Assembly: GCF_009914755.1 (NCBI RefSeq)
Contig: NC_060925.1
DNA: 64,000 nt
Direction: 5' to 3' (one strand)
Source of the DNA: the human T2T-CHM13v2.0 reference genome, Homo sapiens
In this document: piece by piece, positions 18,747 to 34,130 of the stretch
How the letters are laid out: each line of letters opens with the position of its first letter
How positions within the stretch are numbered: position 1 is the stretch's first letter
Notes under the pieces: generated by a model
Told to the model about the DNA's origin: nothing
Databases searched by the model: none
Seen by the model: only the letters and a program-made list of their open reading frames with translations
Translations under genes and position numbers: made by a program

Positions 18747-19811
18747 TAAGGGCCCATATCTTATATCACTCATTACCTGCTTACGACTGGGAATTTCGAA
18801 AGGATACATTACATAGCCATGTCCAAAAGTGGAACTTGCTCCAGGTTTCCCATTCAATTCCTGCGAGAGGAACTAAACCAAAATTGAGAGAAAGAACAAC
18901 AGGCTATTGGAGGCAAAAATAACAACAACAAAAACAAACAAACAAACAAATGAAAAACTAAAAAGGTATCTCTGTCTGCTGCAATGACTTTGAGGGACCA
19001 GTTAAGCCTCCTGAGAACATTTAGCTTAAAAACATTTAACTAGCCTGTAAGCCACCTTTTTTTTTCCTGTTGCCACCATTAAAGCAAAGCAAAAATTGTT
19101 CTTTTACATCTTTAGGCTTCATGGTGCCCTTGTATGACTCCTTTCTGCCATAAGTCAGCCTGTGGTATGATTCCAGGTGTGTAAATACTTGGGAAAAACA
19201 CTATATATAGAGCAAAGGACCTGGGTTAAAACTCTAAATCTGCCTCTTATTCATTCTGTGACCTTGATCGACTTTCTTCTCTAAGTTTTATCACCTGTAT
19301 GATGAAAAAATTGGACTAGATGATTCTCATGTTTTCTCTCACCCTGAAAACTTTTTCAGTCTGATGTTCAAGGCCATAACCCTGCCCACCTTTCCAGCCA
19401 TTACCTCCCACTATTTTTGTATACAGGTTTCTTTGCTCAATGATCCAAAAATGTGCCTTGCATGTGCCTACTCTTAGGCTTCTGCTCAGTCCATTACTCT
19501 TGCCTGGGTTTCCCTCACCATTCTTTTCCATCTGTCTATTTCTTAGGCATGTGAACATAATATGAGGAAAATTTAAGTGACAAAACTTCTTCAAAACTCA
19601 GCTCAATCTCTTTCTGAAAGCCTTCTATATGACCTCCCCAATTTCACATTTTTCTGTCTCCAAAACACTTGGTATCTTTTGGTAGTCAATCATATCCAGT
19701 GACACTCGGACAAATCTTCCAGATAAACCTCATTTATTCAGCTAGTTCCTAAGGGGAGACCCAGAATCCCAGGTGGGAACTGAGTAGACAGAGGCAATGT
19801 GGATGTCACAG

Positions 19812-20299
19812 TGATGCAGGGCAGGCGAGTCCCAAAACTAGGGCTTAGCACAGAAGGGTTCTTGGCTTTGCCCAGAAAAGAATTCAAGGGTGGACCAGAG
19901 GTGTTAAGACAGCAACTTTTATTGAAGTGGCAGTGTACAACAGTAGCAAAGCTACTGCTCCTTGCGGAGCAGGGCTCCCCCATAGGCAGTGTGCTCAGAG
20001 TAGCAGCTCAAAGGCTGTTCTGCAGTCATATTTATACCTGCTTTTAATTACATGCAAATTAAGGGGTGGTTATGCAGAAATTTCTAGGAAAAGGGGGATA
20101 ACTTCTGGGTTGTTTAGTTGTTGACATGGAAAGGGGCAGTAACTTCTGGGTGTTCCCATGGTAATGGTAAACAGACATGGCACAATGGTGGACATGTCTT
20201 ATGGAAAGCTGCTTTTGCCCTGTCCCTATTTTAGCTAGTCCTCAATTTGGTCAGGTGCCTGAGCCCTGCCTCTGGAGTTCAGTCCCGCCTTGCACCTCA
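19812..20299 (-). mobile_element. ERV1 solo LTR, MER66-like
   Basis: TG...CA ends and 4-bp TSD ACAG/ATAG. The minus strand starts TGAGGTGCAAGGCGGGACTGAACTCCAGAGGCAGGGC. TATAAA (20036-20031) and AATAAA (19923-19918) on the minus strand. Confidence 0.8.
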
Positions 20300-20689
20300 A
20301 TAGACAAAGGTTTTACATGAGTGGGTCAGGAACTGGACCCAAAGGAGGGGAAAGCCAAATTCCTAGAGATCAAAACTCTGTCATCCTACATCTTTGGAAG
20401 TCTGCCCAGGCCATAACCATGTATGACATTTCTGTTCTGTTCACTAGGGAAATGGTAATCCTAAGAGAGGCTGCAACATTGCTTCAATGAGTACAACGGA
20501 TGAGGGGACCTGCTGTCCTAGGAGGGGAGGGGAAGAAGTAGTGTCTTACTGAAGAAGGAGAAGTCCTACCCCAAAATGTCTCCCCCTATCTCTCAAATCA
20601 TTTGTATCACTGACAACGAAGTATCTGGAAAAATGTGTCATTGTAAGGTAACTTCTTTGGTAGGTAGATGTCACTATACTTCGTTGCAG

Positions 20690-20870
20690 AGGTATAAAAG
20701 CAGAGCAATTATGAACTTGGACTCCAAAGCCATTCTTCTAGGGTTTGAAATCCTGGCTCTGCTGGTTAAGAGCTTGTATGACTCTGGACAACTCTCTCAC
20801 CTTCTCAGTGCCTTAATTTCCACCTCTGTAAAGTCTTATAAGTTACAAGATTGTTGTGAAGATTCAAGAG
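20690..20870 (+). mobile_element. MIR fragment
   Basis: gggtttgaaatcctggctctgc...ctcagtgccttaatttccacctctgtaaa. Confidence 0.6.
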
Positions 20871-21323
20871 TATGTGTATCTGAATCTGTCTATCAACCAA
20901 TATATCTATCTATGCTTGACTGTATGAATGTTGCTAAATCACTCTGGGGGAACAGACAGACAGTACTATAAGTAGAGTGCAAAATACCATTATCCACTCA
21001 CTTAACTAATAGTTACTGAACAACCACAATGTGTCAAGACCTCAGCTGAGTGCTAGAGATAGAGCCAATGGTGAACAGTTTCTGCTTTGATAAAGCCAAT
21101 AATTTTCCAGGCTTTAGGTTTGTGAATAAAGTATAGATCATGCTAGTTCTATTTTATGCTATTCTGCCTAATCCTTGTTATTCCCTCTTAGTAAGAATGA
21201 ACCTGGCATAGCTTGCCACACCGCCATTTCACAGACAAGAAAAATGAGGCTCATATTTTCACCCAGGGTCGATCACAGACCTAACAGACAGCAAAACTGA
21301 GTCAGAACTAACTTCATCTCTAG

Positions 21324-21608
<285 letters not shown>

Positions 21609-24489
21609 AAGATTCCCAGCTTTTAAAAATGACATCATCTCCACCTGAAACATAAACCAACCAGGCTGACTTGTCAAGCTTTTAATTTTGGGGATGCAGG
21701 AACATGGTGAAGTTGAATTATGGAAAAAAAAAAAAAGTTAAGTCATTAGATTGCCCAAAATATAACTATATTTTAAGACCATGAAAAGAATAAAGAGAAC
21801 AACTTATGTTGCAAAACCACGTTTCACCTGTTTACTCCCCCACACCCCCACAGTTAGCTTCTATAGCCAGGAAATTTATAAACAAAAATCTCACTTTAAC
21901 TTTTCTATACTCTACTCAGGTCAGGCAAACATAGTCATTAGTGATTTGAATTAGTTTGCTAAATAAATTAAAGTATACTTTTAAAAGACAGCTGTCAAAG
22001 AAAAAGACAATGGATTGTGTTTGGAGAACAGATTAAAAAACATTGATCAAATCTTCCGTGGTTCTTACTGTACTCCAATACAGTGGGGTTCATATGATGA
22101 CTTGCAGGTCATTCAGCTCATTCAAATATATGTATTACCTGTTTCATATATGATCCATATGATGATATGTTCAATACACTGAATACCTCTCAAAGAAACT
22201 GAAAACCAAACTTTCAAGCATTTTTCTAATTGTGGAAGTATCCTTTCCCAAAAGAGAACATAATTTTCTACACATTACTTGAGATTTCACACCATAATGG
22301 CTTACCACAAAAAGAAGCATGGAAAAAGTTTTCTGTTATTAAAACTACTTAAATATCAAAAAGAAACCATGTTAAAATAAAAACAAATGCATGTTTTTCA
22401 ACAATTTATATTTCACGTTAATTGTTATTGTTGTTATTGTTTAATTAGGCTGTATGAAAATATCTCTTGAAAGGTATTTAGAAGTTTATACTAAATGGGT
22501 GAAAAATCTATCTTGGATGCAATGTGCTCAGGTTATAAAAGCATCAGTGCTTATTTTATCTCCCCACAAAGTGTCGCTGAGATAATTACTGCTGACAGCT
22601 TTATTCAAGGTTCATTTCACTTTTTCTGCTGTTTTTCTCGGTTAGAAGTTCAAGAGAGCCCATGGGAAGCCACACCCCTCACACCTGTTAGGCTTCTTCA
22701 TGTTACAGAGGGCCAGTATGGACATGTCACTTCAAATTAGCATTGTACCAAGGCACTAGCTGTGACAATTACTTATCACAGGTTTAACTAAAGAAAAAAA
22801 AAGTTTCTAATTCAACCACAAAAACAGTGTCACAAAATGTAATTTAAACCTGTAAAAGCAGGTTGCATAAAAAACATTCAGAGAGCTACAAAATAGGTTC
22901 CCAGGGTCGAGCTTTGTGCAGCATCTGAATTATGCAGGAATGCTATACAAGTGAACATTTCCTTTAAAACAAAATCAAACCAAAAAGGTAAACAAGGCAG
23001 CACCAGCAATTACACTTTACCAGCCAGCAATGGTGATGAGTGGGCCTCTTTAAATTTACTTCATTGTGCTGGAGTATTTGATTCACTTTGTTAATTCTTT
23101 TGTGTCAAGTTACTAATTCAATAATGAAATTTCCAGTTAAAGCAAAGCAGCTACTTTTAGACTTATGAAAGACTTAGCTTTGTATTAGGGAGAAAGAATT
23201 TTCTTCTAATATTTGCTTTTTTCCACTTACAAACCAGAAAATTATCATTAGACAAGGTAGATATTAACACAAAAAGAAAAAGGAAAAACCTCACACCCTT
23301 AAATGTGCTTCAAGCTAGTTATTATAAGCCTCTCTGTTTCAAGTGCAAAATAATCTCAAAATTATGCCACCTCTGAAAGACCTAGGATAGTTGGAGGTAG
23401 TTAATATGGACTGCTGTGAGGCTAATTGTGGATCTTGAGTTAATTACTTTCTGCGGATAGCAGATTTTAAAAATAAATAAGATGGTCTTTTACTCCATTT
23501 TTACTTCAATTTAAACTCAAGGAAACATGAGATGATGATGGTTAAGCTCTGAATACTTCATTATTTGCTGCTGCTATTTAGATGAAGACCCAGAAAGTCT
23601 GAGAAATATGTCCACATCATAATCAATGCTAATGTTCACTAGGAAAACAGGAGTGGACAGATACGTATTTTTCACAATGCACAATTTGATTCACAAATAC
23701 CCACCGTACATTACTTGGTCAGAGTTAACAGGAATTAACTGTCATTTCTCACCCCCCACCAACCTCCCCACATACCCACACACGTATATACACATGCACA
23801 GGCTGGAGGACACAAGGCAGAGCTCATGGAAACTGGCTTTGAAACAGAAAGTGTTAAACACATGAAAAGCAAAGGGCAAAATAATGACGCTGAGCAGGAA
23901 ATTCAACAGAAGAAATTGCTTGTTTGTAGAAAATCACACATATTGGTGAACGAAAACAGTTCGATGGTAATCTTGTTATGGCCACATAATTTCAGTATCT
24001 TAATAGTTTGAAAAATTTAAAAACCATCATACACAGGAAAAGTGCATTATTAGAAATGTAACATTTTCTGAAGATATTTTTCTTCATTTTCCTAACATTT
24101 AGATAGTCACATTAACAAAAGCATATAAAGTCAACACATGATATATTGATTATAACAGTCTAGGATCTTATCAAAACAAGCCCTTTGCCTTATTCTACAA
24201 TCACAACAAATTCAGAGAATCAAGACGAAATCTTCAGTTACAATGAAAAGGTTATTTTACCTCAAGCAGATTCCTCATTTTATTATAAGTTTGATAAATA
24301 AAGAGGTTCCGTTAGTGGAGAAACCTCATTATTTTAGAGAGCTACTGTATTAATCAGTGGTCATTTCAGCTCATCATAACCACAGAACCTTCAAATATGC
24401 AAGGATACATCTCAAGCCTGCTTTGTATGCATGAAGGGTACCAACGAGCCACTTGGCTCATGTCTAGTCAATAGTGAGATGCCATTTAC

Positions 24490-24649
24490 CCCTCAACACT
24501 GTGGAACTCTTTGGATAGCAAATATAAGAGCTCTGGATATTTTTCCAGCAGCATCTAATTCCTTGGCAAAACCTAGGCAGTCATGCTAACAACTTTGGTC
24601 TCGGGACATGGACATAGTGCTGCTGGGCATCTTGTCCTGGCTTTTCCTC
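24490..24649 (-). other. Candidate alternative (stop-containing) cassette exon of FAF1
   Basis: Acceptor cagactcttttttcctag|GAGGAAAAG and donor GAGGG|gtaaat. 160 nt. In the FAF1 frame it reads EEKPGQDAQQHYVHVPRPKLLA* (TGA 24583-24581). No recognisable repeat. Confidence 0.5.
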
Positions 24650-25746
24650 CTAGGAAAAAAGAGTCTGAATTAACTATACCATGTTAGGCACACCAGCATA
24701 AATGGGTACTATCTAGAAACAAGAAAAAGTAATTTCACCTTGCCAGTTAATCCTTGCTGGCTCAGCCTAGCCAAGTAATTTTTTTCCTTCTGCTCAACTC
24801 TTAAAACCGTTATTGTGAAGCTCTAGAATTAGTGTTTTGTGATTTAAAAGAACTACAACTTTCATTGTATCTGTGTTTAGGTGACTCTAAGGTCCTTGAA
24901 GACACAGCCTGGATCTTATATTCTCATTTTTAGCTGCCATGGGGCTCTTAGTAGGTTGCTTTGTATATGCCATGCAATAAATGTCTAATGCTCTAACTTA
25001 TATGGGTACTTTTCCTACTTTCCTTGCCAAGATAAAATATGAAAGACTTGTAATTTTCTAGAGAAATATATAACCTACCTAGTCCTATAATCCAAGGCCT
25101 GGAAACCACTCCAAAGTGAGATAAACACTAAAAACTATCATTAGAGTTTAAATAACTATCTGATTGACATCTGGGCCTCAGTGAAAAGTATAAGGTTCAA
25201 AAGCATTCTGACATGATATGGCATATTAAATTTAATTCAGTAGTCACAAAGACTTAAAACTACCAATCAAAATATGCAAAATAAAGACCAAATTTACCTT
25301 CAACATAATTTGAACTTACGCATCTTCATTTTTTGACAGACATACTGTTTTCATTTCATACTTAATGTTCCTGTATAATTAGCTTTGCATTCTAATGTAT
25401 TTCATCTCTGTGGACTTCATGGGAATTACAGTAATCCAAATGTCATTCAGCTCTACGTTGTAAGACATGATTGCTCTTAAATTTATGAGGATGAATAATG
25501 TAGCTAATAAAAACATTTTCAAATTTATAATGTATATTAAACATTAAAAAAATCCAACAGATTTGAAATGTCTCACATAAGAATAATACACAAGGAATTA
25601 TACTTTTTAGGACTCCCACTCAAGTAAATACAAGAAATAGTAAGTAATCACTCAATATACATGTGTTTATTTACTGGTTCTTATATATACACATGCATTG
25701 CAAGAAAAATCTTTTATATTAAAAAAACAAACAAACAAAAAAACCA

Positions 25747-26082
<336 letters not shown>

Positions 26083-26487
26083 TCAGATCCAAAACTCTTT
26101 TCAAAAATATTTTGGCACATGGTAAAAGAATGATCCATTCCCAAGACAAGCATGTATTCTATGGGCAGACTCATACCTGCAGCACTTATTTACGTCAATG
26201 CCACAAATCTGAAAGCTGTGAAGTGTTAACTCTTCAAACCAGGCAGAAACTATTGTTGTGTACTACTAAGTCCGATTATTCAAAAAACTAGTTTACCTGT
26301 AACTTCAAGCTGAATAAATGTATTGAAATATTAGAGTTAAGGGGGGAAAAAAAAGAATGTTTATGTGAGTGTAAAAAAACAAAAACTGCAAAATATTTTC
26401 TAGAGACTGGGAATAAATCATTTTATAAATTATTTTGATCAACACATAGTAATATTAGAAATCTTCCTTTAAAAACAAAACAAAATG

Positions 26488-26789
<302 letters not shown>

Positions 26790-28611
26790 GTTTCCCAGCA
26801 AAATGAGAAAAAAAATGACATGAGAATGTGAGCATGATTTATTTTTATTTTTTAAATTTCAACTTTTATGTTAGACACAGGGAGTACATGTACAGGATTT
26901 TTACATGGGTATATTGCACCCAGGTAGTGAGCATACTACCCAATAGGTAGTTTTACAACCCACACCCTCCCTCCCTGCTCTAGTAGTCCACAGTGTCTAC
27001 TGTTCCCATGTTTATGCCCATGTGTGCTCAGTGTTTAGCTCCCACTTGTAAGTGAGAACACACAGTGTTTGGTTGTCTGTTCGTGCATTACTTAGCTTAG
27101 GTAATGGCCTCCAGCTCCATCCAGGTTGCTGCAAAAGATATGCTTTCATTCTTTTTCCAGGCAGCATAGTATTCCATGGTGTATATGTACCACATTTTCT
27201 TTATCCAATCCACCACTGATGTCCACCTAGGTTGATTCCATGTCTTTGCTATTGTGAATAGCACTGCAAGTGTCATTTTGGTACAATAATCTATTTGCTG
27301 GGGAGGGGCTGTATATACCCGTAATGGAACTGTTGGGTTGAATGGTAGCTCTGATTTAAGTTCTTTGAGAAATCTCCAAACTGCTCTCCATAGTGACTGA
27401 ACTAATTTACATTACCACTAACAGTATGTAAGTGCTCCCTTTTCTATGCAGTCTTGCCAGCATCTACTGTTTTCTGACTTTTTAATATAGTCATTTTGTC
27501 TGGTGTGAGATGGTATCTCATTGTGGTTTTAATTTGCATTCCTCTGATGATTAGCATTTTTTCATATGTTTGTTAGCTGCTTATATGTCTTCTTTTGAGA
27601 AATGTCTGTTTATATCCTTTATCCATTTTTTAATGGGCTTGTTTTCTGCTTGTTTGTTTCAGTTCCTTACAGATTTTTGGATATAGAATTTTTGTTGGAT
27701 GTAGAGTTTGAAAGTATTTTCTCCCATTCTGTATGTCATTTACTCCGTCAATAGTTTATTTTTCTGTGCAGATGCTCTTTAGTTTAATTAGGTCCTACTT
27801 GTCAATTTTTGTTTTTGTTGCAACTGTTTTTGGGGACTAAGCCAAAAAAATCTTTGCCAAGGCCCTTATTGAGAAGGGTATTTCCCACGTTTTCTTCTGG
27901 GATTTTTATAGTTTGAGGTTTTACATTTAAATCTTTAATCCATCTTGAGATAATTTTTGTATATTATAAAATTTAAGGTGCCTAGTTCCATTCCTTTGCA
28001 TATGGCTAGCCAGTTATCCCAGCACATTTATTGAAAAGGGAGTCCTTTCCACATTGCTTGTTTTGTTGGCCTTGTCAAAAATCAGATGGTTGTAGGTAAG
28101 TGACTTTATTTCTGAGTCTTCTATTCTGTTCCATTGGTCTATGTGTCTGTTTTTGTATCAATACCATGCTATTTTGGTTACTGTAGCCTTACACTTTAGT
28201 TTGAAGTCCCATTTTGTTCTTTCAGCTTAGTATTGCTTTGGGTATTCAGGCTCTTTCTAGGTTCCATATTAATTTTAGAATTTTTGTTTCTAGTTTAGTG
28301 AAAAGTAACATTGGTAGTTTGATCGGAATAACACAGAATCTGTATGTTGCCTTTGTCACTGTGGCCATTTTAATGATACTGATTCTTCCAATGCATGACT
28401 ATGAATTGTTTTTCCATTTATTTGTCATCTCTGATTTCTTTCAGCAGTGTTTTGTAGTTCTCATTTTAGAGATCTTCCACCTCCTTGGTTAGTTGTATTC
28501 CTAGGTATTTCATTTTCTTTGTGGCTAATGTAAATGGGATTGTGTTCTTAGTTTGACTCTCAGCCTGGGTGTTACTGGTGTATAGAAATGCTACTGATTT
28601 TTGTATACTGA

Positions 28612-28910
28612 TTTTTTTTTTTTTTTTTGAGACAGAGTCTCACTCTGTTGCCCAGGTTAAAGTACAGTGGCACAATCTTGGCTCACTGCAACCTCCACCT
28701 CCTGGATTCAAGTGATTCTTGTGCCTCAGTCTCCTGAGTAGCTGGGATTACAAGCATGCGCCACCATGCCCAGCTAATTTTTGTATTTTTAGTAGAGTCA
28801 GGATTTGGCCATGTTGGCCAGGCTGGTCTCAAACTCCTGACCTCAAGTGATCTGCCCACCTCTGCCTCCCAAAGTGCTAGGATTACAGGCATGAGCTACC
28901 GCACTCAGGC
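28612..28910 (-). mobile_element. AluS in L1
   Basis: TSD-like TGTA(T/C)A(C/T)TGATTTT. Confidence 0.93.
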
Positions 28911-30344
28911 TGTACATTGATTTTATATCCAGAAACCTTGCTAAATTGTCTATCAGTTCTAGGAGCTTCTGGCAGAGTCCTTAGGGTTTTCTAGGTATAG
29001 AATCATATCATCAGCAAAGAGATACAGTTTGACTTCTTTTTCCATTTGGATGCCTTTCATTTCTTTCTCTTGCCTGATTGCTGTGGCTAGGACTTTCAGT
29101 ACTATGTTAAATAGGAGTGGTGAGAGTAGGCATCCTTGTATTGTTCCAGTTCTCAAGGGAAATGGTCCCAGCTTTTGTCCATTCAGTATAATGTTAGCTG
29201 TGGGTTTGTGGTTAATGATAGATGGCTCTTATTATTTTGAGATATGTTCCTTCAATGCCTCATCTGTTGAGGGTTTTTATCAAGAAGTGATGTTCAGATT
29301 TTATCAAAAGCTTTTACTGCGTCTATTGAGATGATCATATGGTTTTTGCTTTTAATTCTGTTTATGTGGTGAATCACATTTATTGATTTGTGTATGTTAA
29401 ACCAACTTTGCATCCCAGGGATAAAGCCTACTTAACTGTGGCGAATTAAGTTTTTGAGGTGCTTCCGGATTCAGTTTGCTAGTATTTTATTGAGGAGTTT
29501 TGCATCTTTGTTCATCAGAGATATTGGCCTTACTTCTCTTTCTTTATGGTCTCTGCCAGATTATAGTATTAGGGTGACGCTGGCCTCACAGCATGAGCTA
29601 GGGAAGGAGTCCCTCCTCTTCTGTTTTTTTTTTTTTTTTTTTAATAATTTCAGTAGCACTGATACCAGTTCTTCTTTAGGTGTCTGGCAGAATTCAGCTG
29701 TGACTCCATCTGGTCCAGTGCTTTTTTTGGTTGGCAAGTTTTTTATTATTTATTCAATTTCAAAGCTTGATACTCGTCTATTCAGGGATTCAATTTCTTC
29801 CTGATTCAACCTTGGGAGATTGTGTGTTTCCAGGAATTTCTCTATTTCCTCCAAATTTTCTAATTTGTGTGCATAGAGTTGTTCATAGTACTATGAAGAT
29901 CTTTTGTATTTCTGTGGAATCAGTTGTAATGTCATCTTTGTCATTTCTGATTGTATTTATTTAGATCTTCTCTTTTTTCCTTTGTTAATCTAGCTAGTAG
30001 TCTATCAATCTTGCTTATTTTTTCGAAGAGCCAACTCTTGTTTTCATCTTTTGTATGGATGTTTGCATCTCAATTTCATCATGCACTTCTCCAATTTTGG
30101 TTCTTTTCTTCTGCTAGCTTTGGGGTTTATTTGTTCTTTTAGTTTTTTTAGGTTTAATGTTAAATTGTTAATTTTAGAGCTTTCTAACTAATTAATGAGG
30201 GTGTTTAGAGCTATAAACTTTCCTCTTAACACTGCTTTAGCTGCATCCCAGAGATTTTGGTAATTTTCGCTAATACTGGTGTTCACTCAGGAGTTATTCT
30301 GGAGCAAGTTGTTTAATATCCATCTGTTTGTGTAGTTTTTAGAG

Positions 30345-30494
30345 TTTTTTTTTTTTTTTTTTTTTTGTATTTTCAGTAGAGATGGGGATTTACCATGTTG
30401 GCCAGGCAGGTCTCGAACTCCTGACCTCAGGTGATCAGGCTGCCTCGGCCTCCCAAAGTGCTGGTATTACAGGCATGAGCCACCGCGCCCGGCC
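30345..30494 (-). mobile_element. Alu left monomer at an L1 deletion junction
   Basis: T-tract plus left arm only. Confidence 0.85.
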
Positions 30495-30674
30495 ACCTAA
30501 ATCTTTTTTAATGCCAAAAACTTGTTTTATGAATCTGGGTGCTCCAATGCTGGGTGAGCATATATTTAGGATAGTTAAGTCTTCCTGTTGTGCTGTACCC
30601 TTTATCATTACATAAGGCCCTTTATTGTCCTTCTTAATTTTTACTAACATTTGTTTTATCGAATATAAGAATAG

Positions 30675-31019
<345 letters not shown>

Positions 31020-31823
31020 TAGATCTTTCTCCATCCCTTTACTTTGAGACTGTGGGTGTCATTATGTGTGAGATGTGTCTCTTGAACACAACAGATGGTT
31101 GGGTCTTATCTTTTTATTCAGTTTGTCATTCTGTGTCTTTTAAGTGAGGCGTTTAGCCCATTTATATTCAAAGTTAGTACTGATATATGTGATTTTGATC
31201 CTGTCATTGTGGTGTTAGCTGGCTGCTATGTAGACCTGATTGTATAATTGCTTTTCAGTGTCTGTGGGCTATGTGCTTAAGTGTGTGTTTGTTGTAGTGG
31301 TATCATTCTTTTGATTCCAAGTTTAGTACTCCCAGAAGGACCTCTTATAAGGCTGGTCTATTTGAAACACATTCCCTCAGCATTTGCTTGTCTGAGAAGG
31401 ATTTTGTTTCTCCTTCACTTATAAAGCTTAGTTTGCTGGGATATGAAATTCTTGGTTGAAATTTATTTAAGGATGCTGAATATAGGCCCCAAATCTCTTT
31501 TAGCTTGTAGGGTTTGTGCTCACAGGCCTGCTGCTAATGGGGTTGTCTAGCCTGATTGGGTTCTCTCTGTATATGACTTGACCATTCTCTCTAGCTGCCT
31601 TTAAGATTTTTTCTTTTACATTGACCTTGGTGAATCTGATGAGTACATGCCTTGGGGATGGTCGTCTCATATAGTATCTAACCAGGGTTCTCTGTATTTC
31701 CTGGATTTGCATATCAATTTTTGTAGTGAGATTAGGGAAATTTTCATGGACTATATCCTCAAATATATTTTCCAAGTTGCTTATTCTCTCTCCTTCTCTC
31801 TTAAAAATGCCAATGAATAGTAG

Positions 31824-32138
<315 letters not shown>

Positions 32139-33310
32139 TAGATTTGGTCTCTTAACATAATCCCACATTTCTTGGAGGTTTTGTTCATTGTTTTAAATTT
32201 TTTCTTTATTTTTGTCTGAATGAGTTGATTTGAAGAACCAGTCTTTGAGCTCTGAGAGTCTTTCCTCCTCTTGGTCTATTCTGTTGTTCATACTTGTATT
32301 GTATTATGAAATTCTTGTAGTAAACTTAGCAGCTCTAGAAATTCAGTTTGGTTCTTTCTTAAAATGACTATTTCATCTTTCAGCTCTTGGATCATTTTGC
32401 TAGATTCCTTGGATTGGGTTTCAATTTTCTCCTGAATCTCAATGCACTTCGTTGACATCCAGATTCTCAATTCTGTGTCTGTCATTGCAGTCATTTTGGA
32501 ATGGTTAAGAACCATTGTTGGGAAACTAGTGGACTTGTCTGGAGGTAAGGGGACACTGGCTTTTTCAACTGCGAGAGTTCTTGTGTTGATTCTTTATGTG
32601 TGGGTGAATTCTTGCACTTGGTTTCACAGGTGTATATATTAGCAGGATAATTTTTGTTTTTGCAGTTTGAGCTGCGATCCAGTAGATGGTGCTTAAGAGT
32701 AATGGCCAGTAGCTAGGCAAATATCCAGCCACATAGATCTTTTGTACTTTCTTGCATTCTCAGGTGTGCTCTGTGGTGTGGGAGGGGAGGAGATGGCTCC
32801 CTCACCAGGTCTGCTTCTGAGCCTTGGGGGTGCCCCCTCCAGTCACTGGCACTGTGCCTGCATTTTCTTTTGTTAGGTGTTCCGGGCCATGGGGCCCCCT
32901 CAGGCAGAGGCTGGAGCAGGGAGATATGCCGCACACTTTCCGGACCAGCCCTGTGGAGGGAGGCACACCCTGCTCCTACCCTAGTTCTCAGTCCTCTGAT
33001 GGTGGGGGCTCCTCCCCTGCTCAAGTGTTGGTCTTAGATCTTGGCTCCATACTCCTAAGCTACATGCCACAGCCCTGGAAGTACCAGGAAGTCCCACAGC
33101 TCAGGGTGGGGTTATGGCTGTGCTGGGGTTTCTGATGTGCTCCTGAGTCACTGGGAAAATACTCAGGTGGAACAATGCACTCTGGCTGGGCTGCAAAGGG
33201 GGTGCTGTGTACACGCTCCTGCAAGGCAGCTAGGAATGGGCCTTCGCAGGAGCCAGTGAGCAGGAGGGCTTGCAGATATGCCCCAGTCTTACGGGGAAGT
33301 TAGCCCCGAT

Positions 33311-33647
<337 letters not shown>

Positions 33648-33815
33648 TAGGTTGGAGGTTACCTGGGGCCAGCACCTCCTAGAGGAAGATGAGGAGCCCT
33701 GGAGGGTGGGTGTCTATGGCTAATCTCTGCCAGAGCTGACCAGCACACAAAAGCTCCTGGGCTCCATGCCGACCACACTCCTGTCTGTCTTGCTCCCTAG
33801 AAAGATTCCCCTGCT

Positions 33816-34130
33816 GGCCAGGCACAGTGGCTCACGCCTGTAATCCCAGCACTATGGGAGGCCAAGGCAGGCGGATGGCCTGAGGTCGGAAGTTCGAGAC
33901 CAGCCTGGCCAGTATGGTGAAACCCAGTCTCTACTAAAAATACAAAAATTAGCCGGGCATGGTGGCAGGTGCCTGTAATCCCAGCTACTCAGGAAGCTGA
34001 GGCAGGAAATCACTTGAATTCGGGAGGTGGAGGTTGCAGTGAGCCGAGATTACACCACTGCACTCCAGCCTGGGCAACAGAGCGAGACTCCATCTCAAAA
34101 AAAAAAAAATAAAAAGAAAAAAAAAAGAAA
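33816..34130 (+). mobile_element. AluS in L1 5'UTR
   Basis: TSD-like AAAGATT(C/A)CCCTGC. Confidence 0.94.

Noticed and set aside
25320-25370. Possible 51-nt exon with a TGC|gtaagt donor
   Set aside because: The acceptor (gctaattatacag) lacks a polypyrimidine tract; chance match likely.
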